Assembly (NCBI RefSeq): GCF_006542665.1
Contig: NZ_AP019735.1
Span: 1,148,000-1,171,999 of the forward strand
DNA: 24,000 nucleotides
Reading direction: 5' to 3'
From: Alistipes communis
GTDB lineage: Bacteria; Bacteroidota; Bacteroidia; Bacteroidales; Rikenellaceae
Shown: piece by piece, positions 23,961 to 24,000 of the stretch
Layout: each line of letters starts with the position of its first letter
Position numbering within the stretch: position 1 is the first letter of the stretch
Made by a program: the position numbers and the translations under genes
The notes under the pieces: model-generated
Told to the model about the DNA's origin: nothing
Seen by the model: the letters and a program-made list of their open reading frames with translations, nothing else
Database searches by the model: none

Positions 23961-24000
23961 TCAGCGTACTTGAAGTTCGTTGATGGTACCCGCGCGTACC
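23961..24000 (-). CDS. traN: 3' end of the upstream tra gene (probably traN), partial
   Basis: The minus-strand frame is open from the window edge to TGA at 23961-23963, 2 nt before the traO start. Assignment rests on the CTnDOT gene order alone; 13 codons cannot be identified by sequence. Confidence 0.35.
   Translation of the reverse strand, partial: VRAGTINELQVR

Larger units (their letters stand above)
11758..24000. mobile_element. CTnDOT/ERL-family conjugative transposon (ICE), terminal portion; continues beyond the right edge
   Basis: Contains traN(end)-traO-traP-traQ-lysozyme, plus PcfK-like, PcfJ-like and DUF3873-like genes typical of Bacteroides CTns. Composition shifts abruptly at about 11758, where a host AraC gene is truncated. 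The left boundary is inferred; no att site was recognised. Confidence 0.75.

Noticed and set aside
23101-23973. A 290-aa plus-strand ORF across traP and traO.
   Set aside because: It is antisense to two genes with clear Tra family similarity and correct operon spacing, and its composition is implausible.
1-24000. A CRISPR array, rRNA or tRNA genes, or long tandem repeats anywhere in the window.
   Set aside because: Reading the sequence showed no regularly spaced direct repeats and no rRNA- or tRNA-like conserved blocks.

Overview
The window joins two kinds of DNA. Positions 1-11757 are GC-rich Bacteroidota chromosome, possibly Alistipes or Rikenellaceae-like (inference from composition and gene type only). 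Positions 11758-24000 are the end of a CTnDOT-family conjugative transposon (ICE) that continues past the right edge. The chromosomal part carries one minus-strand polysaccharide-utilisation-type operon: FecR anti-sigma, SusC-type TonB-dependent transducer with an STN signalling domain, SusD, an EEP-fold lipoprotein, and a DUF1735/discoidin lipoprotein that runs off the left edge and is absent from the ORF track. No ECF sigma gene sits next to FecR. In its place are a hairpin terminator and a 0.6 kb low-GC islet. A UvrA paralog lacking the UvrB-binding domain follows, then the 45-codon C-terminal stump of an AraC-family regulator, cut exactly where the composition changes. The ICE part has a 1 kb ORF-free structured leader, eight co-oriented small genes (including PcfK-like and PcfJ-like), and the convergent traN(end)-traO-traP-traQ-lysozyme block. 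A 5.2 kb nested insertion sits in the convergence zone. It contains ermF, a class IIC group II intron just downstream of a 110-nt palindrome that follows ermF, and an IS1380-family element 54 bp upstream of ermF with 14/15 terminal inverted repeats and a 5-bp CTAAA target duplication. I found no clearly new multi-gene system. The least explained parts are the structured leader plus small-gene block, the low-GC islet and the post-ermF palindrome.
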